NCBI GenBank assembly: GCA_002269645.1 | Contig: NIVC01001263.1 | Span: 1 to 64,000, forward strand | Source: Macrostomum lignano | Lineage: Eukaryota | DNA: 64,000 bases | Direction: 5' to 3' | In this document: in pieces, positions 58,062 to 64,000 of the stretch | Layout of the letters: each line of letters opens with the position of its first letter | How positions within the stretch are numbered: the first letter of the stretch is position 1 | Translations under genes and position numbers: made by a program | The notes under the pieces: model-generated | What the model saw: only the letters and a program-made list of their open reading frames with translations | The model's database searches: none | What the model was told of the DNA's origin: nothing

Positions 58062-58456
58062 GTTGACTCATTTGGATGAGATTGTAGATGTAGTAGGGTT
58101 TCGAGTTGTAATTTTGGTGTGCGCGCGCTGGGGATGACACTGTAGATTAATACACATGTACATATAGAATTGGGGATAGACAATTTGGGATATGGATTAA
58201 TGTACATGGAATTAATGTACATATCCAATTTGAGATATTTAGGGATTAATGTACATGGAATTAATGTACATATCCATTTTGAGATAGATAGGGATTATTG
58301 AACATGGAATCATGTACATATATGAGCACATGGATTATTACGACTACATATTGCCACATCACGCTTAGGAAGGATTCATTTTTCAGATAGTAGTATAATT
58401 TGCGTTTTTTGCGTCAAAACATCTGAAAACCCAGCTCTAACTGCACGATACGTAGT
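58062..58456 (-). repeat. Right terminal inverted repeat (~395 bp)
   Basis: See left TIR. Confidence 0.95.
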
Positions 58457-58464
58457 GGGGGGGG

Positions 58465-58588
58465 CAAGACATAAGAGCCAATAAATAGGCCTTGTCTTCA
58501 AAAATACATTAAAATGCAACTGAACTGAAAGTACCTCTCACGCAAATTTTCTGAATGGCCCATATCATAGTTATTCTAGATATCTGTG
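58465..58588. mobile_element. Right half of the split CACAGAT-family MITE
   Basis: Matches ~35125-35251, including the right TIR. Confidence 0.8.
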
Positions 58589-59714
58589 CTCTCAATCAAT
58601 CAAAATTATAGTGTGCTAAAATTTAGAATAAGATTACGTGCGATAATTTTGATCTACTAAATTGAATAAGATTAAATTTCAGAAGCAATCACTTGCCAGA
58701 AATAAGCAAAATATTTCCAACCAGACCAACCTACAGTGGCTCAGATATGTGAAAGTTAATAAACAAATTTATAGATGTCTAATTTGAGAATGACCCTAAT
58801 GGTAATTTGATTTTGCTTTTTTTAACTCCGCTGCTCTTTTTTGTCAAGATTCCTAACTTTTTTTGCCTAAGCCTTTTAGACGTTGATTTAAACAGTATAA
58901 ATATTCCGAAATCATTACTGTTAGGAAAGTTTTTGTTATTATTCATTGTAGTAACTTTGCTTTATACAATCCATAAGCACCCAAATTAACGTTGAAATTA
59001 ACACATGCGACCTGAAGGACGGGTCCAAAGGACTCGTTGACCTGATAGTCTATCTCTACTCTATAATCCAATTCCACCGCTCTGATTATTTTTCGCATTG
59101 TAAAGTTAAGTTGCTTTACTTATTCGAAGTCACCAAGATTGTTTTAAAGAAGAATTATTCTTCCTAAAATTGCTAAATATGTCAAGCGAAGGTAGACATC
59201 CAAGTGGCGAGAATCTCTACGTCATAAAGAGAGGTATGATTGAAGTATATTTTTTTATATTCATTATAAAGCATAAAGCAGTGAGTGGATTGCATTTCAA
59301 TAATTAGCTTCACATTTGTAATGCATAGAATCTAATTTTAACTAATCTTATGTTTTAAATATGATTGAATTAAAATTTTGACAAGTCTGTTTTTACTTTT
59401 TTCAACAGGTTAGCTTTATTGTCCCCAAGTTGAAAAACAATTTTTAGTATACAAAATTATTTCTGTTTTTAAAAAGACAAAAGAAAAATGAATTTAAAGC
59501 ATAATATAAGTTATAGAAAAACTAGCAAAAATGTTTCTTTGCCAACTTTTTTGGTTCTCCCATCCATGAATAAAAAGTTCACTATTTTTGTGGTTTTACT
59601 TTAGGTATGTTATAGGGCTAACTTCTCTCTATTAAAATTCCAACTGCTGACACCAAGTTGTTGCAGGGGAAACTTCTATTCTATTGTCATATTAATCTTA
59701 ATCTTAGTAATATT

Positions 59715-59858
59715 TAGGCCTCGGACGGGATCAAAATTTTTGGGCAAGATTGGGATCGGGATTGAAATTTTTTAATGGGCAAGATTCGGGTGGGATTAGT
59801 CGGGAGTATACTGTATTGCGATATTATATATATATATTATATTACTAATTTACTATCA

Positions 59859-59897
<39 letters not shown>

Positions 59898-60848
59898 TAT
59901 AGATATAGTCAATACTAGGCTACTAGCTATAAGTTATAACTAGCTATAACTTTGTTCTAGCCTATATTAGCTATATAGTTACTTATTAAGTTATTATTAT
60001 TGAATATTGATAGTTGGATAATGGATACTAGATACTAGTAGGCCTAGTTATAGTCTTGTAGACTAGATGATTATTGATATTATGCTTACCTATTTCAGCT
60101 ATATGTCATGTACTGATTCACTGAACCTATTAGTAATATTATGCTTTATAATTTAGATATAGCTAGGCCTATAAGAAAAGAAATGAATATATTAGTTTGT
60201 TTTGTATTGCAAATCATGTTACTATATATATTGATAATTGACTAATTATAATTGATGAATAATGGGCCTTAGAAATAGAAATATAGATAGATAGTATTCA
60301 TTTACTTATTAGTAGGCCGAATTTAATTAACAATAAAATGAATAGAATATAGTCCATGTGCCATTTGTGCGCCGTCTATGCACCACTTCACGAGTAGAGT
60401 TTTCTAAGAAAGGCAATCGTACAAAAAGTATTTTTTAAATATTACGAATATTTTCATTTTAAACAAACTTAAATTATGCTTACAAAAAGAGTAATGCAAA
60501 ATTAACGTTCTATACAAATACAAATACAAATACTATACCATACTAATCTGTTGTCTGTCTATACATGTACTCAGTGAGTGAGATTAAAAAATGAGGAAAG
60601 ATAATAAAATGAACAAAATGTGAAATGTGAAGCAAAAAATTCTTATGTATCATTAAAACAAAATTAGTTACAATATCCGATATACTTATTTTCACAAAAT
60701 ACATTTGCAAGAAAGTAACCTTACCTAAGATTTCCGAAACACTGCATCAGAAAGTGCAAATATTCCCGATTCCCGACGGGTCACAAACTCTGGATCAGGA
60801 TCCCAAAAAAAGCTTGGGATCCCAATTCGGGATCTTGTCCAAGCTCTA
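59715..60848. mobile_element. Non-autonomous hAT-like element (TAG...CTA termini, 8-bp TSD)
   Basis: TSD gtaatatt at 59707-59714 and 60849-60856; TIR taggcctcggacgggatc vs gatcttgtccaagctcta (mostly transition differences); subterminal gggatc repeats. Confidence 0.8.
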
Positions 60849-61331
60849 GTAATATTCCATAGTCTAGATCATGGCAGGCATATGCCAGAATGAAAAATCA
60901 TTTTTTTATGTTGACATAAAATAAAATAAAAATTTTTTGTCAAATCTAAAGTAGTTTATACACCATTTTTTAATGCATATATATTTTTAGGAACTCAAAA
61001 CTTTTACTAAACATTGTAATAGCTGTTTTTGCTAAAAATTGATATTCTTTGTTTTAATTTTGATTTTCTTGTAATTGAGTTCATATTTTCTATTTTAGTT
61101 TCCGATTATTTTTAAAGAGCCTTCTACATTGGTTGATATTTAACTACACAATTACATTAGCCTTGAACTTGGCTATTTTTTTATGCCAACTATGTACATT
61201 TCATGTTGAACCTAAAAATTCTATACGCCAAGTGTATGCCAAGATTGTCAGCGAGAGCAAAAATATGCCAGAAAATTCTGGAGTAAAGGCCACCTTCCAG
61301 ACTATGGGTAATATTCTAGTAGCATTCTGGT

Positions 61332-62515
61332 TAGTGTTGGGCACCATTAATGAAAATCTTAACTTCCATTAATGGCAAAAGCATTAGCATTAAAACAAGA
61401 AAGTCTTAACTTATTAACTCTTAATTTTGTTAGGTTAACTAAAAGTTAATTGATAGTCATTAATAAGCATTAATCCATTGAAGTTAACACATAAAATACA
61501 GAAATCTTACACTTTTTTGAAACAGACTTCATTATGCACTGTCTTTGCTTTTCCACCTTTTTAGCAAAACACTGGTTGTCTAAGCAATTTACAAGCTAAA
61601 AAAGTAATAATTAATCATTTTAAAAATTTGTATATATAATACTACTAAAAGTAAGCATATCATACATGCGCAACCTCCAAAATTCGGTTGGCCGTGCGAC
61701 TTAGTTTTAACAAAAAATGCGACGTAGTTTTTGGCTAAAAATGCGACTTACATGTAAAAAAACCCTAAATCAAAATTACCGCAACTTTGGGTAAACGGCA
61801 GGAATAACTATGACTGTATTATTAAGCTAAAATGCCTCGTCAGCTACTTAGTACTACTGCTTGAGTGTTTTTTCGGGTGGGCATTTTTGCGACTTCTTTG
61901 GTTGGCCGCCAAATCAGTCGGCCGGATTGGCCGACTCGGCCGACTGTTGCGCATGTATGAAGCATATGGTATAAAAAGTAACTTATTTATTTGAAACTTG
62001 AAAGCTAATTAGTTAATAATAAAATACAAATACAAAGGTTATTTGAGTATTATTAGCAGGTGCAGCAGAAAGTTACAAAAGATTAGGAAAGGAGTAAATC
62101 AAAGCAATCCATGCTCACGCGCAAGCAATAAAGTTCATAATTTTTTATGAGTGTAATTCATAATTAAAGCTCATTAGTAAGAAATTGTTACTTTGCATGA
62201 TCATTGTCATTAAGAGATTAATTGGGCATTTAGGTAAATTCAAATATATCCAGTTGTAACTTCTCTTCAGACTTATATTTTTGTTCTTTCTTTGCATCTT
62301 TGGTCATTGACATTGGCATTAACTTTAACATTGAATTTGTCATTAACTCACAACATTAATAATGCAATTTTTTTAATCCATTAGTTCAAAAAAAATCCTA
62401 ATGGCAGTCTGTTAATGTTAATGAAAAATCTTAACACTTAAAATCTTAACACTTAAAGTCTTAATGCTTATTAATGGATTAACACAGTTTATTAATAGAC
62501 TAGTACCCAACACTG
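61332..62515. mobile_element. Non-autonomous hAT-like element (TAGTGTTGGG...CCCAACACTG, 8-bp TSD) with subterminal TTAAC/TTAAT repeats
   Basis: TSD attctggt / gttctggt (7 of 8 match); hosts the 61661 MITE. Confidence 0.75.
61661..61959. mobile_element. CATACATGCGCAAC MITE, second copy
   Basis: TSD aagcatat at 61653-61660 and 61960-61967; ~21 bp shorter than the 25431 copy. Confidence 0.92.
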
Positions 62516-63318
62516 GTTCTGGTAGTGTTCTTAATAGCATTCTGGTAGCATCTAGTGTATAATTTTGACCTGAGAGGTCCTACTAGTATTGGTATATGTA
62601 CTTTTTTCCAGTCTGGGTGTTACTAAGATTAGAAGGTCATGGCACTTATTCCTAGTACTCCTTTTTGCATGAATTCCAATTCCTTACTTTCTGACCTTCA
62701 CAACACTCTTAGAACTCTGATAAATAAGCAATGATCTAAGAAGAGTTATTGAACATGTGACAAAAATTATTGTATATAGATTTTAAATTTTTGTATAAAA
62801 ATATGCTGGGCAATAAACTATGTTTCTATTTAAAATTTTAGGCTTATATTTCCAATCTGGACAAAACTATAATTTTTTGCACTATACAAAAATTAGACCA
62901 AAGTTTTACAACTTTTATTAATTGACCAGTTTTCTAAAGTAAAGTGTCTTATCAATCTTTTGGTATTGATAAATATAAATACTTTCTCATATTTAATTTT
63001 TTCTTTTGAAAATTGTAGCTTCTATTCAATCTAATGATGAATATTATTATGGATTCAATAGAGATATTGATAATAGATTGTTAACTGCTAACTTATAAAA
63101 CTGTTAATATTGATAAGAGCTGTATAGATGAAAAGCAACAATAAACAATGGTTGTAAGTGCAGATGGACAGCTGGCTAGCCATGGTATTAGTTGTGTGAC
63201 TGCTTTGAGTTGTAAGTCTATTATATCTACCAATCACTAAATTACGCTAATTGACCACCAATTAAGTTTACCCACCTAACTGATATATGAGAGACAAATC
63301 TTTCAAGCCACATTATTA

Positions 63319-64000
63319 CAAGGTGTGATCAAAAAGTTCTGCAAGTGACCTCACAACTCAGTGTTACAGCAGCCACGGCGTCTAATCAGTGTCACATTCC
63401 CTCAAAGTACTTTCCACCACTATCTATGCACCATCGCAATGCGTATGCACCATGTCTGAAAGCAGTCATGGTACTCCGAAGTTGGTATACCCTGTAGAGC
63501 TGAATGTAACGCTTGGGCAAGGTCTTGTATGCGTGAAAACGGCCTCCCAGAAATGACGGATTTGATCCTCAGGAACAGCCAAAAGTCGCACGGTGCTAGG
63601 TCTAGAGAGTAGGGTGGATGGGGCAACATCCGGACCCCCTGCTGCTCCAGGTACACCAAGGTTGAGGCCGCTTTGTGCGGTGCCGCATTGTCATGGTGCA
63701 GCAGGAGTCGAGGTCCATGCCTGGTTCGCACACGTTCCTGCCGCTCCTGCAGCACGCCTGGTAGAACAGTGTCTGTGTAGTACCTGGCAGTCACTGTGGC
63801 ACCCGCTGGAAGGATGTTCACCGATACAACACCCTGAGAGTTGAAAAAATGGTGAATATCCGCTTCCGACTGCGGAATCCGGTCTTCAGCACCTTAGGCC
63901 TAGGCTCATCTTCTGCCAGCCAGACCATGTTGGACTGCTCATCCTTCATGGTAGAGAAGGAGATCCAACTTTTGTCTCCTGTGATGACATCCGACAGTCG
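63319..64000 (-). mobile_element. Younger mariner (D,D34D) element, truncated by the window end; transposase frameshifted
   Basis: TA|CAAGGTGTGATCAAAAAGTTC terminus; ITGDKSW, HHDNAAPH and HPPYSLDLAPCDFWLF with 34 residues between the last two Asp; frameshift near 63845. Confidence 0.92.

Larger units (their letters stand above)
48014..58456. mobile_element. 10.4-kb Polinton/Maverick-related self-synthesizing element lacking recognisable capsid, integrase, ATPase and adenain genes
   Basis: TIRs ACTACGTATCGTGCAG... (48014-~48446) and ...CTGCACGATACGTAGT (~58062-58456), flanked by G10 and G8 runs; contains pPolB, PC4-like, orphan and dUTPase genes. Confidence 0.92.

Overview
Eukaryotic (animal) genomic DNA with GC3-rich exons, AT-rich spliceosomal introns and very dense micro/minisatellites and MITEs. 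The style is reminiscent of the flatworm Macrostomum, but that is an unverified guess. Seven host genes are seen, all on the + strand: HACD3 (4 exons), a yippee-like YPEL gene with no in-frame AUG, SLC25A44 (3 exons), a SIRT5/class III sirtuin (2 exons), an orphan Cys-anchored Ala/Thr-repeat protein, a secreted PAN + ALK/LTK-type glycine-rich protein, and a probable terminal exon at 46.4 kb. The main discovery is a 10,443-bp element (48014-58456) with ~400-bp terminal inverted repeats, inserted into a G-run inside a MITE. It encodes a Polinton/Maverick-type protein-primed DNA polymerase B interrupted by at least five 77-82 nt spliceosomal introns (three at polymerase motifs A, B and C), a tandem PC4-like ssDNA-binding protein, a dUTPase and an orphan gene, with a mirror-image TATA pair between the divergent genes. 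No capsid, integrase, packaging ATPase or adenain-type protease gene is recognisable in it. Also present: a 2.2-kb foldback element in HACD3 intron 1, two mariner elements of very different age, hAT-type and other MITEs with clear TSDs, CORE-like SINEs, a Merlin/IS1595-like remnant, and strong CpG-deamination decay in old repeats. All calls come from reading the sequence by eye; no database searches were run.
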